From Hyaloraphidium curvatum SAG 235-1 (lineage: Eukaryota > Fungi > Monoblepharomycota): a stretch of 64,000 nt of DNA. The notes under the pieces are model-generated. The model was not told the origin of the DNA and searched no databases. It saw nothing but the letters and a program-made list of their open reading frames with translations. A program made the position numbers and the translations under genes. Position 1 is the first letter of the stretch. Each line of letters begins with the position of its first letter. This document shows positions 47,695-60,355 of this stretch, piece by piece. The stretch covers positions 1 through 64,000 of the forward strand of contig JAIVFI010000047.1 in the NCBI GenBank assembly GCA_025558095.1, read 5' to 3'.

Positions 47695-49251
47695 ATGTCT
47701 GATCGACTCCCAAGGATCGTCGCCCGGCGGCTTGACTTCTCGGTCAAGCTCTCCGAAATGGCACCGCCGCCGTTCACGGCACGCGAGTGGGCGGCGCTCT
47801 TTCCCGCGCTGCCACCGGCGGCGGACGATGGGCTTGCGGCTAAGGCGGCCGACGGGTCCTCCGAGCCGAGCCGATTGGCGCAGGCCGAAGTGCTCGCTGC
47901 GCTGCCCAACGCCGCGCTGCGCGCATCTGTGCGGCTCTTCCCTGTTGCTTTGCGACTTTTCTCGCCATGGCGTGCGTTGGTCGTGTGGACGTCGCTGCCG
48001 ACGACGGTCGTGGTGTCTCCGACCGCCGCACTGTTCGCGTTCGCGCGGGCCGACTTCGCCGGGCGGGCGTTCGGCGCCGCGCAGGTCGGCGTCGCTGTCG
48101 CCGCGCTCGCCGCGATGTCGCTCTCGTTCTTCGTGGCGCAGCGCATGGACGCGTTTGCTGCAGGCGCGGTCGCCGGCAACCCCGCCTCCGCCGACGACTA
48201 CGCCGCGCACGCCATCGCAGGGCTGGTGCGCTGGCGGCAGCTGTGCGCCTCAGAGCCACAGAGTGCGCTCGTGCTGCACGTGGCGGGCGACGCGGACTGC
48301 CCGTGCCCCGGTTGCCTCCGGTCCGTGCTGCGCTCCGCCGCTGCCGCGTACTGGGTCGAGACCGCCGTCAAGGCTGCTGCTTCCATCGTATCTCTCTTCT
48401 TCGTCTTCTACTCGCCGTTCGTCACTTTTTCGCATGTATTTTGGCCGACGTGGTGGTGCGCCCTGCTCGGAATTGTCGGCTTCGTCGGAATGGGCTGGGG
48501 CCCTGTCACCTTCATCTTTGGCACGCACGGCCAGTCAGTGCCGGTGCTGGAAGTTGCAAAGAAACTGCACAAGCGTGCGATGGCGCTCGCACTGGATGTG
48601 GTGGCAGCGAACCTCGAGCTGCCCGAGGACGGAATGGCGGGACCGCGGCCGCCCGACGGCTCGGCTGCTGAACCCGAGCGCTCGATCGGTGCCGCGGCCC
48701 CCCGGCCACCTCACGGCTGCACCGGTCCGCAGGGCACCCTCTACGCAGTGCTGCACGACCGCCTCGCGACCGCCTGGCGACGCCGCTCCGCCGCGGTCGC
48801 ATACAGCGTCACCCGCCTCGTCGTCCACTTCCTCGGCCTCCTCTTCGCCGCCATCATCTCCGCCGCCGGCGCCTCCTGCATCCCCGCCTACGTCCCCCTT
48901 CTCGCGCTGTACCTCCTCCTGCAGCTCACCGCCGCCCTCGTCGTCCTCGCCGTCGCTAACTCCCAGATTGACGCCGTCGTGGACCTGTACGTCTCCACCC
49001 GCACTGCCCTCCGCCGGATCGCCGCCTCCTCCCTTGCCGTGCTCCCGAATCTGGAAGCGCACGACGCGCAGCTGGCGTTCTTTGCCTTGACGGCGGACAG
49101 GAGCCGCGCGAGGTTCGCGGGGGTCCCCGTTGGACTCGGGACCGCGAGAGCGGTTGTGGCGACTGTGGTGACCGTCGCGCTGGGGTTGTGGAGTCTGTTG
49201 AAGGGGGCGGGGTTGGCCGTCGTCGCGGACAACGTTTGTCCCGTGGTGTAG
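47695..49251 (+). CDS. Intronless multi-pass membrane protein (possible gustatory-receptor-like 7TM fold)
   Basis: About 7 hydrophobic segments; C-terminal RARFAGVPVGLGTARAVVATVVTVALGLW. Confidence 0.7.
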   Translation: MSDRLPRIVARRLDFSVKLSEMAPPPFTAREWAALFPALPPAADDGLAAKAADGSSEPSRLAQAEVLAALPNAALRASVRLFPVALRLFSPWRALVVWTSLPTTVVVSPTAALFAFARADFAGRAFGAAQVGVAVAALAAMSLSFFVAQRMDAFAAGAVAGNPASADDYAAHAIAGLVRWRQLCASEPQSALVLHVAGDADCPCPGCLRSVLRSAAAAYWVETAVKAAASIVSLFFVFYSPFVTFSHVFWPTWWCALLGIVGFVGMGWGPVTFIFGTHGQSVPVLEVAKKLHKRAMALALDVVAANLELPEDGMAGPRPPDGSAAEPERSIGAAAPRPPHGCTGPQGTLYAVLHDRLATAWRRRSAAVAYSVTRLVVHFLGLLFAAIISAAGASCIPAYVPLLALYLLLQLTAALVVLAVANSQIDAVVDLYVSTRTALRRIAASSLAVLPNLEAHDAQLAFFALTADRSRARFAGVPVGLGTARAVVATVVTVALGLWSLLKGAGLAVVADNVCPVV

Positions 49252-49319
49252 GCGTGCGCTACTTTCCGCAGTTGCCATTTTACAATACATACAGATGCTA
49301 CGCCACGGTACATGCTTGC

Positions 49320-51389
49320 TCATTGTCGGATGTCGCAGCCTTCGGCATGGGCCTTGAGCACATAGGCCCGGTAGTCAAGAACATCATCCCGAGCTTCCAT
49401 TTGCTCCACCAAATCCGCTTCCAGGTGCTTGTCAATGCCTCGCATGTTGAATCCGCCCGTGATCCACTGGTGCAGCACCATCCGTGGGGCATCCGTCCCA
49501 AAGTAAGAGTGACCTAGGACGTCCTTGGCCGGATTTTTGACATCCACGTAGCGGATTCCTCGACAGACTGTGTGCTTTCCTCTGCCAAGGCGACGATGCC
49601 GAGTACCCCCAAGACCGTCATTGATGAGGCTCCCTGAGACTATGAGGGCGAGGTCTGAGTAGGTTCCCATTACTAGGATGGGAGGTACTGTTGTCGACGA
49701 TTGCAGCCTGGCATGCACGTCGGCCAAGTCCTTCACGAAAAGATCCTCAGAGACGTCTGGAGCCACGAATGCGACAGTGTTTGGGATGGTTTCGCCAGCA
49801 ATCACCAGATCAAGGAGGATTCTGCATCCCATGCTGTGGGCAAATGCATGCAGTTCCATGCCGTGAGAGTCAGTCCACCTCTTTAGCAGCTTCATGCATT
49901 CTTTTGCTCTTGGCAAAACATGACGAGAGTTCTCTGAAGCCCGAGGATAGTTTGTCCACGGCATGAGCACACTGGTAAACTCGGATTCCCATGCAAATAC
50001 GACTGGGATGTACTCGTCCAGGCAGCGGCACTCGACGAAGGAAGCCATCGTGTTCACAGCACCTTGGGCGGTGTTGTTGAACCCGTGGATGTAAACGACG
50101 ACACCGCGGCAGCGTCTGAACGCCTCAAGGGCCACCTTGGCATTCTCAAGGCAATCTAAAAAGCGGAGGTCACCAACGCGGGTAATGCGGAGATCCCGCT
50201 TGCGGTGGTTGTGGCCGGCCAAAACAACGTGGCCGTAGCGAAGGAAGTCGTCGCTTTCTGCTGCCGTCGGAAAGCTGTAGGCACCTTTGCCGGCAGGAGC
50301 ATTTGGCAGTACGGGCCACCACTTGGTTGTGACTAAGAAAAGGTCCCGGCGAGCTCGGTAGCGTTTGTAGTCGTTGAGATCCTTTCCAGCATAAGGATTA
50401 GGCTTCAGATTGGCGTCCAATGCCACTGTCAGTATTGAAGTGTCAAGCCAGTTACTTGCGATAGACACTGCAGCGCCCAACTAACTTTCAGCTTTAGCAT
50501 CCTGCTCCAGCAGAATCTTCGCGCTCTCGTTCCCGACAGAGAACACGTAGCCTTTCTTGTTGCAGGCGTAGCAGCCAACGACATTCAGGTCAGCTTCGAA
50601 CTGGTCGTCCGCATCTAACGTCGCATGGATCTTTCCTCCACGGTGCCGCACGAGAGATGACTACTGGGAGCATCGGTCATCTGCCGACTGAGGAACGCAC
50701 GATGCTGGGCCTACCACTCTCGACTTGTCTGCATCTATGCAGGCAAGTTCAATCTTTGCGCGGTCCCTGGCATCTGCAACATCGCGTTCTAGCCGTGTTT
50801 TCTGGAAGAAGCGGAGCAGTGATCTGTGAGCCGGACGGCGGCCTGCCAGAGAGAGCAAAGAGGGACGCACGATGTCATTGGCCCGGCGATCGATTTCTGC
50901 TTCCTTCGGTGACCGACCCATCGGCGCAACGGCCCACAGGGGTAGCCAATCCTTTCGGTACGCAACCAGGAAGCCGTCTCCCCTGACCAGCACGTGGTTG
51001 ATCCTCGCGCCAGCCAGGTCAACACCAACGAGCGCATCTTTTGGGCCAGCGGGGCCCTCGATCATGAGCTTGCCGTCTTGGATCACCGCTTTAGTCCCGT
51101 TTGCGACGTCGGGTGACCTCCATTCGATGCCGTCGCCGGAGCTGAAGACAAGCCTCGCGAACCGTTGATTGCCTATCGTCACCTCTTCGAGCTTGAGCTC
51201 CGCTCCCCCAGTCTCGGCGAGGAGCTTCAGTTGGCTGTCGGAGCGGTACGGCAAGAGCTCTCGTGTGGCGCGGAGCCGCATCTTGTCGTCTGACCCAGGG
51301 ATCCCCACTTCGGCGATGAGGATGTCCTTGCGCTCCATGGTGGGCTGCGAGATCGCCCGGGGCAGAACGGGAGAGCTTTTGCTCGGCAT
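49320..51389 (-). CDS. Protein with C-terminal DUF900-type alpha/beta hydrolase
   Basis: YIHGFNNT, FAWES, FAHSMG, APDV, SDLAL, GHSYF; in-frame stops removable by introns 50714-50661 and 50485-50426; start uncertain. Confidence 0.72.
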
Positions 51390-51825
51390 CGCTTTGCTGG
51401 GCGCTTCGGGAGAGGTTGCGGGAAGCGTCGCCTGAACCGCCGTGACTGACTGACTTCCGTGACTGACTGACTTTCGGTGACGGACACGGTTACCAACGAA
51501 AGTATCCCCCGTCGAAAGTAGCAAAGTAGCAATCGCCTCACAATCACTGTCTCTCAACCTGTTTACAGACGCTTGAATAGTCCAAGAACCGACGTGACGC
51601 CGCGGTGCCAGGATGGGCCCTGGCAGTCATCAGGACCTCGCGCATCCGCCGGGGCACCAGGGGAGGCCGAGAAAGCAACAGAGCGGGTGATGAGGGATCG
51701 AAGGAACACCAAGGCCCAGAACAAAAGCGGTGGTTTAGAATCAGACATCGACTGCGGCACTCACCCGCCCGCCCCGCGTCCTTTGTCCCCGCGCCGGGTC
51801 AGAAAAGCCGCCCAGTTATCCCGCC

Positions 51826-52991
51826 ATGACCTTCGACGGCCCTCCTGCGGACTCACTCTCCTCCCCTTTCGAGCTCTGGTGCGCCTCGCCCCTCCTGGTC
51901 GACCGCATTCCCGAGGACCTCGCGCTCTACCTCCACCCCGGCGGCCAGCCCGAGCGTTACGCGCTCATCGTGGTCAACACGCCGCTGTGCCGGAGGGACA
52001 GCTTTGAAAAAATCTGGAACAGGGGTCGGTCTTCGCGTGTCGGTGTTCGCGGGGGGTGCTGACGGGTTCCGAAGCCGCGGTCAAGATATGCGCGGACGGG
52101 GGTGCAAACAGGCTGTTTGACCAGTTCCGGGGCGACGATGCGGCGCGGGAAGAGTGGGCCAGCTTCTTGGCGCGGTTGCCGGGCCGCGATTGATATGCTC
52201 GTCGGCCAGATTCCTCCCGGGCTACATCGTCGGCGACCTCGACTCGGTCCGGCCCGAGGTCATGGACCACTACGCCGCGCGGGGTACCCGCGTGCTTCGC
52301 TTCGAGGACCAGGACTCGACGGACCTGCAGAAGTGCATCACAGTGCTGCGGCAACTCGAGGTCGGGATCGACCCGGCGTCGCCCGTCGAGCACCGGAAAC
52401 GGGCGTTGGCGGAACGGCCGAGGGCGAAAATGGACTTCGTGCCGCACGACCTGGTCGTCCTGGGTGCCCTGAATGGCCGGTTTGACCACTGCATCGCCAG
52501 CATCAACACGGTCTTTCTTTTGCGGGGTGGCCAGATCCACCTCGACGACGGGGTCGAGGGGGACGGCACGCCGGACCACCGCCGCGTCTGGCTCGTTAGC
52601 GACATGAGTGTCGCGACGGTCCTGGGCAAGGGGAGGCACAGGGTGGTGGTGATGCCGGCCGTGGAGGGACCGACGTGCGGACTGATGCCGCTGGGCGTGA
52701 CCGAGGCCATGGTGGTGACGAAGGGCCTCAGATGGAACCTCGGTGCGTCGCCCTCTTTTCCCGATCGGCATCCGTGTTCCTTATCGCATGCTTCCGACGG
52801 CAGATCATTCGCTGCCCTTGCGCTTCGGCGGGATGGTGTCGACCTCGAACCAGTTTGCGCTGGAGGACCCGAAACTGGACCACGGCGGGGCGAACTTTGA
52901 GCGCGAGTGGCACGTCGTCGAAATCGAGACGGACGAGCCGATCGTGTGGACTGTCGAGGTGGACCTTGCGGGCAGCTACATCCCGCTATGA
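51826..52991 (+). CDS. THI80: Thiamine pyrophosphokinase
   Basis: CADGGANRLF, IVGDLDS, DQDSTDLQKC, GRFDH, TKGLRWNL, VSTSN; three introns. Confidence 0.93.
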
Positions 52992-53296
52992 CGGGGCCGC
53001 GGAAGGGCGCTGATGTAGTGGGACGTATTCTATGGTCTTGTAAAGCATGGCTCTCGCATCTCGGTCTGCTTCTTGCAAATTTGGTGTTGTCCGGACGCGG
53101 CTAAACCATGACGTGCCTGTGTGGCGAGTCTGCGAGAAAGGTCCCGAGCGAGTCGGGGGTCAGGCACCCGAACCGCAGCACAAAAGTCTGTGCCGCCCCC
53201 CTCCCATCAGGCGCGGCGTCCTTCGCGGCGTCCCTTTCTTGAGCGCGGCCACCGGCGGTTTTCGCGCGCGCGCCGCGGCGGCCGCTTCCGGTCGCG

Positions 53297-55944
53297 ATGT
53301 CCGCGCCGCCGCCGATGGGGATGGGCGGGCCGTCGCACCGCGCGGCGCCGGGCAACGCGGGCGGCGCCGTCGCGCAGCTTGCGGCCCACGCCGCGCAGCA
53401 CGCGCCCGCGTCGCACCGGCTGCCCGAGCTGCTCGAGGCCATCAAGGCCGAGTTCCAGACGCTGGCAGACGAAATGCACGTCTACAAAATGCAGCGCGAC
53501 GAATACGCCGAGAAATGTGGGCCCTCCTCCGGCTCTGCTTGCTGCCGCTGACTTGGTTTTTTCGCAGTCACGGCCCAGGTCAACGAGCTGAGCCAGATCC
53601 GCGGCAACCTGTTCGACCTCGAGCGGATCCACAACACGATCAAGCAGCAGTACGAGGAGGACATCATGCGGCTGCGCAGGGAGCTCGAGGCCGCCGGAAT
53701 CAACCCCTCGGTGGGCGCGCGGCCGGGTGGCCCCCTGCCGCCCAAACCCGAGTTTGCTGGTGCGGCGCCCGCCCTGGGTGGTGCTGCAGGTGCGTCCCCC
53801 GCGCCGCACGAACTCGTCGGCCGCTGACCGTATCTCCATTTCACCAGGCTCCATTCCGGACTCGCTGCACCGCCCGATGGGGCAGCCTCCCGCGAACCAG
53901 TACATGAACGGCGGACCCCCTCCGCTCCCCCCCTCCTCCCTGCCCAGCATGGGTCCCGGCGGCACCCCTCCGCTCGGCAACCCCAACGACCCCAACAACC
54001 CGAACAAGCGCCTGCGCGGGCCCGAGGAGGGCTTCCCGAGGCCGCCGGGTCCGGGCACGCCGGGCGGCTCCCAGCCGTCGTCGTTCCCGCCGCCGCCGCG
54101 GCCGGGCGGGATGCCGCCTTTCGGGATGGATGTGAAGCCGCCTGGGCCGGGGCAGCCGCTGCCGAGTCTGAAGGATGGGCCCGGATTCAGGGGTAAGAGG
54201 GCTGCGGGACACCCCGGGGGATCGGTCCCTCAATTTTGTGGCTTCCGCAGGACCGTCGACTCCCGGACCCGCTCCGCCTGGAGGCCTTCCATCCATGCAG
54301 GCATCAACTCCTCCCAGCAGCTCCGCTCCACTCGTAAGCAAGCAGCTTTTCGTTTCGTTGGACTGCCTCTCACCGCTTCGTCCAGCCCCCCTCCGCCGGC
54401 TCCGCCCCGCAGCCCACGACCCCCGTCTCCGCCAACGCTCCCTCCAGCGCCGTATCGCAGCCCGTCACGGGCTTCTGCGAGCTGGATCCCGAAAGCGTGC
54501 CCGCGAATTACCGGAAGGAGGGCCCGGATTGGGTTGTTGTGTACAACCCGAAGCTGCCGCGGACGGTGAACGTGGAGCTCGTCCACAGCCTCGACCACCA
54601 GAGGTGGGTTGCTTTCCCGCGCGCGTTGCTCTGCCTCCTGACGCCTGCGCCCTAGCGTCGTCTGCTGCGTCAAGTTCTCGCAGGACGGCAAGTTCCTGGC
54701 CACGGGCTGCAACCGCGTCGCCCAGATCTTCGACGCCGTCACGGGTGCCAAGATCATGACCCTCGCCGAGGACTTCTCGCCCAAGGACGGCGACCTGTAC
54801 ATCCGCTCCGTGTGCTTCTCGCCCGACGCAAAGTACCTCGCCACCGGCGCGGAGGACAAGATGATCCGCGTGTGGGACATCCAGCGGAAGAAGGTCAAAT
54901 GGGTGCTGCCGGGGCACGACCAGGACATCTACTCGCTGGACTGGAGCAGGGACGGGCGCTACGTCGTCAGCGGATCCGGCGACAGGACCGTCAGGGTATG
55001 TCTGTCGGGACGCAGGCTCTGTCGAGGTGTGACAATACCGCACAGATCTGGGAGGTGGAAACCGGGCGTTGCCTCGTGACCATGATGAACGAGGACGACA
55101 AGACGATGAACCAGTTCCCGCGGACGCAGGCTACGTCCAAGGACTCGGGCGTGACGAGCGTGGCCATCAGCCCGCTCGATGGCCGTGTCGTCGCAGCTGT
55201 GGGTCTTGTCCGCCACGTTGTTAGCAACATCTAACATCCACTTTCAGGGCTCGCTGGACAAGATGGTCCGGCTGTGGGACGCGCGGACCGGGCAGCTTCT
55301 GGAGCGCTTCGACGGCCACAAGGACTCTGTCTACAGCGTCGCCTTCTCCAGTGACGGAAAGTCCATCGTCTCGGGCTCGCTGGACAAGACGCTCAAGATC
55401 TGGGACATCTCCCCCCCCGTCCTCTCCTACCTCGCCGCAACGGCGCACATCGACATGTCGGAGGACGGCCAGCCCCCCGACACCTTCCCGCGGTTCGAGG
55501 CCCTTGTCACCACCACGTGCCGCCACACCTTTGCGGGGCACAAGGACTTTGTCCTCAGCGTCGCGTACGGGGCCGTGTTCCCGTCACTGCCGCCGCAGAG
55601 CGAGGACGAGTGCCGCGAGTGGGTGGTGAGCGGGAGCAAGGATCGCACGGTTACGTTCTGGGACGCGCGAGGTAGGTCGTTTGCCGCTTGCCGCGCTTAA
55701 CCTGGCGCTCAAACGCATCCTTGCAGGCCCGAGGGGACGGGATCCCGCGACGGTCACGCAGTTCATGCTCCAGGGTCACAAGAACTCTGGTGAGTGTTCT
55801 TGAGGCGTTTGCCTACCCTGGGTCTGACGATTTCGGACAGTTATTTCTGTCGCCCTGTCGCCGATCGGGGGAACGTTTGCCACGGGCTCCGGGGACTGGC
55901 GGGCCCGCATATGGAGGTACTCGAAGCGCGAGGAGACCTCGTGA
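53297..55944 (+). CDS. TUP1: Transcriptional corepressor Tup1
   Basis: Tup_[14 protein letters not shown]; [51 protein letters not shown]; multiple introns. Confidence 0.95.
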
Positions 55945-56053
55945 GCGGGACGCGGTCCAGGTCTTTCGATCATGGCAATCGAGGCGCGGGAGGAAACTAG
56001 TCTTGCCGTGCTCTGTAATTGGGTATATCGTCGGGAAAGAAACAACTACTCCC

Positions 56054-57410
56054 CTACATGAAGAGGAACGTGCTGTTGGTGTCGTTGCCCGGTGCTGGCG
56101 GCGGCGAGGGCGCCGGCTCATCCGGCTGCCCGTCGTCCGGCGGCGCGCCGGAGTGCAGCACCACGAACCGGAAGAAAACGACTTTGAACAGCACGGCGAG
56201 GCTGAACTGCGCCAGAGCGATGAAGGAGAGCACGAAGGTCGTTGCCCTCTTGTCCTCCGAGCGCGAAGTGATGGCGTGCGCGTTCCGCAACATGAACGCC
56301 GCAGAGAAGACAAATGCCAGCACGATAAGAACCCATCGGAAAGTTTCCGATGGGATGATAGAGAGGACCTGTTTCGCGCGTCAGCGACGCCACGGGAACC
56401 AACTCGGCCGAAACTCACGGATACGGGGATCCAGATGAACATCCCGTACCCGTAAATCATGACCAGCTCCAGGAGTTGTGCTGGTGCCGACAGCCAGCGA
56501 CACAGTACCCAAACTATCAACGGCACCAGGAATGCGTAGAGGTAGCACGTCGTGGTCGCAAACGACAGCAGGGTAAAGTCATACTCCAGCGGCTGGCCCC
56601 CGATGTACGACACGATGTTGTTTGCAATCGATGTCGTCACAAACAGGGCAAAGATGACGGTGGTTGGGATCCAAAAAGGTCCGTAGAGCTCCAGGTTGTT
56701 CTCCACAAGCTCCAGAAAAGAGCCCCTCGGGGCAAAGGTCGCCGAAATCCGTTTCAGTACCTGATTTCGCAGTTTTGTAGCTAGCCCACAATAGCAACAG
56801 AAGACGGCAACAATACCTGGTCGGAATCGACGTCGAACCATTGCTGGTAATATTCAATGTTCCAGAAGGAAGCATTCGACGACTCGGCGGACGCGTTCGC
56901 CTGGGTTGCCGTAAACGCGTACGCGGCTGAAGACGGAACCGAGATCAGAATAAGTTTTGAGTCGCAGAGCTCCAAGCCGACACCGCGGGCCAGAGCAGTG
57001 CCACGCGCGCCGGTCCGTGGGGATCCGTGAGGAACACCCACCTCCCGAGCCCGTCGACGCCCCATTCTGCCCTCCAGCAACTCCACCGCCACCGCTCGCG
57101 CCGATTGTCGTACCTTGGCCACGGGAGGGGCCGCTGTTGTCCGACAGGACAAAGTCTGAGCGACACGGGACCCAGGCCTTGGTGAGCAACAGAGAAACCA
57201 GGGCAGGAATGGCGGTCCCCACTTTGAAACTGAAGCTCCTGCTCGGCCGTGCTCTGCATTCGGGGAAAGCAACGAGCCGACGGGCGCGTTGAATTGGTTG
57301 AAGTGATACTCCTTGAGTTGCCAGCTCTCCGGGCCCATGCCGCCACCGTGCCCCACCGAGAAATCGAGAATTGAATCCTGTTTGCCGTTTCCGGCAGAGG
57401 ATCCGGCCAT
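56054..57410 (-). CDS. Yip1-domain protein (YIPF1/2, Yip5-like)
   Basis: FWNIEYYQQWFDVD, ELYGPFWIPTT, IYGYGMFIWIP. Confidence 0.9.
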
Positions 57411-57614
57411 GGTCCCCTCGTTCGGTGGCACAGGACCGAGTGGTGAACCCCAAGAATGACGTCCCGTGCGGGAGCTGATCGACGATCGATGCGCTGTTGG
57501 CCGCAGCAAGGTCTCGGCGGCAGTCTCCTCGGAAGGCTGCCGTAGCCCTAATCGGCGACCGTTGCGCCAAAGTGCTTGACCATAACTAGTATCTTGGGCC
57601 GTCTGGAGCTCACG

Positions 57615-58655
57615 ATGGCCCTCCGCCGGGTGTTGGCGGCCTTGACCGTGGTGCTTCTCGCGGTCAGCGCTTCGGCGACCGTAGTCGACCTCGACGACAG
57701 CAATTTCAACAGCTTGGTATGGAGCCCAATCGTCACGATTTCTCTGGCGGCTCGGCCTCGGCAGAAGTCTGCTTTGGACAGCTCTCATTCACTCGATCTC
57801 TCCGTTCCGCAGGTCCGGTCAGACGGGCCGCCGTGGATTATCAAGTTGTGGGTTTCGATGCCTGTATCGTCATGGGTGCCAATGTCTGACCTTCTTCCGT
57901 CCCATTTGGGCAACGAAGCTACGCGAAATGGTGCGGAATGGGCGGTTTCCTCCGAGAATGGGACGATCTCATATGCCGGGGTTGGCCGCAGGTGTGGAGC
58001 CTGCCAGTCGATGGCGGTGGAGTACGAGGAGTTTGGCAAGGACGTCGACGAGGCGGATATGGATCTGCGGATCGGGCGTGTCGACATTGACGAGAACCCG
58101 ATCTTGGTCAATCGGTGGACGATCATGAGGCTACCGACACTCATGCACGTGCTGCCGAACCGCGAAGGTCGGTCTTTCTGGATCTTTGAGTTAAGTTCCA
58201 CTAGTGACCTTCTTTTCAGTGAGGGAGGTCGAGCTGGAGGCTCGGACGGCGGAGGGCTTGATGAAGTACATCAAGGAGGAGCAGTGGAAGAACACCACCC
58301 CGAGATGGAGCATAACGGGTCCTTATTCCCTGTTTGGCTACTTCATGGGGTACATGGGATGGTTCGTGAAGCAGTTTGGGAAGATTGCGCTCTGGTTCGA
58401 GGCGAGGCCGTGGGTCCTTTGGTACGACCCGCGGAATTCGGCTCTTGACTGGTTCCCGACAGCGGGTACGAGACCGCCCTCATCGTCTCCATCAGCATGA
58501 TCTGCCCAATCATAGTCAGCTACTCGTTCCATCGCAGCCGCGAGCGGGAAAAGGCGGCGAAGGAGGCTGCTAAGGAAGCGGCTCGCGCGAACGGCGCCAG
58601 CGGAAGCGGAGCCGCGGGAACGCCGAAAAAGGCGAAGGCGAAAAAGACGTCTTGA
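57615..58655 (+). CDS. TMX-like ER thioredoxin transmembrane protein
   Basis: Signal peptide; spliced KFYAKWCGAC; IGRVDIDENP; C-terminal KKTS* (KKxx). Confidence 0.82.
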
Positions 58656-58907
58656 ATCTTGTATCGTTGGAATGAAAGAAACGAAGAGGCGATCTCGATC
58701 TCGGTGGGTGCCACGTCAGTGGAGTTTTGATGGGCGTGCGGACTCGTCGCGAGAACGCGTCGACTCCGCGAGTTCACAAACCCTCCGCCATCGCCCCTGT
58801 CCTCCGAATTGCACCCCGGCCGCGAGCTCAATAGGCAGAAATTGCCTTGCCGATGCCGAGGGCGACATTCAGCATGTGCGCATCGGCTCTTGGTCGAGTT
58901 CCGACGA

Positions 58908-60174
58908 ATGGACGCCTCACTGACTCCCCGCCCGGCATCGCGCTGGGAAAACACCGCCATTGACCCGCTGCACGCCATCGATGTCACGGTGATGGTCTCC
59001 AGCGAAGATGCACTCGGCCGAGGCGGCCAGATTGTCGAATGCCGGGAGCACCTCAACAACCGCGGAAAGTACACCGTTCGTGTCGAGCTGCCCCCGGGCG
59101 GTGCCGAGCCCGCCTCCGTCCTGACGTAAGTCTGTCTTTGTATTCGACTTCGCTTTGTCTCAACTTCGTTCCAAAATCGGCAGCTATACGAACATCTCGG
59201 GGTGAGTGAATCAGCCCTGTGCAACGAACTCACTGTGCTCATCACGCGCTTATCAGGCACTTACTCGCGATGTTCCGGCGGTCCATGTCTGTTTCGAGCA
59301 AGGCTATGGTGCCGCCGACGAACGGAACGTCCGCCAAGTCGCCCGGCCGCCCCGAGATCGCCCCTGCCCAGCGTGGCGTCAAGAAGAAGCGCACCGAGGC
59401 CACTGGGAGGCAAAGGCGCAAAAGCACATCATCGCCGCCTCCTCCGCCTTCCGAGCACGAGTCTTCCAGTGTCCTGGACAGCGAAGAAGTAGGTTTCGCA
59501 GTCGCTATGCGCTTCCCCGCTCGCGAACTCATGTGAACCTATAGCAAACGGAACCTCCTTCGCCGAGCGACATCGAGAGGTACAGCACTCCGTACATTGT
59601 GTATTTGCGGATGCCCGAGGATGGCCAGATCGAGGTCTTTGGCAATGTTTCGCTGGTGAGACCAGGGGACGACTCGTGGAGCCTGTCAATCTCTAAATCT
59701 TTGTCCTTTACTACAGGCACGGATCGAAGCCATCCACAAGCAGGTTCTCGCCATGCAGTACGACTCGGACGACGACGACGGGGATGACCGGGAGCCCGGT
59801 GAGTTGGAGATGATCGAAACGAAAAGTTTACTGATACCCTTTTCTATCGTTACAGAAGATGTGCTCGATGCGTGAGTGTTCTGACGGTCGAAGGTTCGGC
59901 GATTGGCCCACTGATTCCTTTACCAGATGCGTCAAGAGGGGAGGAACAATCATCCACGTTGATCCATTCCCGCTCGCAGTCAAGACCGAGCTTGCTGTTG
60001 AGGATGATGTCATGAGTGAAGACGGTAAGCTATCGTCGCGGGCAGATTCGATATGGCTGACCTCGTGAATCAGCAGATGCCACCGAAGGCGGCGCGGAGA
60101 TGCCAGATATGTCCGCCCTCCTCGCGCTCAACCAACTCCTGTCTTCCAACTTCCCATCTCTTGTCTCTACGTAA
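58908..60174 (+). CDS. Hypothetical multi-exon protein
   Basis: Short coding-like exons separated by GT-AG introns (e.g. GTAAGT 59126, GTGAGT ~59202); model not fully resolved. Confidence 0.4.
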
Positions 60175-60355
60175 GATACGCCGAAGTTGATTCTTGATTC
60201 ACCGATCTGGGCGTGGGACCAACCTGGGTGTGCGATCAAGTCTTGGCGTGGGGCGTGGGGGATTGGCGAATACCATAATCAGGGAAAGTGCGTTCTATTG
60301 TAAAGCGTGCTCGCAACGCAAAGGAAATGCGAGCTTTTTGCTGGGCCTGAAGCCT

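Noticed and set aside
34664-50663. Stop-codon reassignment (TAA/TAG read as Gln)
   Set aside because: Conserved genes here end normally in TAG (LEU1, LEU2, ADE17, pol); stops at 50481 and 50661 are removable by introns, and the others fit nonsense mutations.
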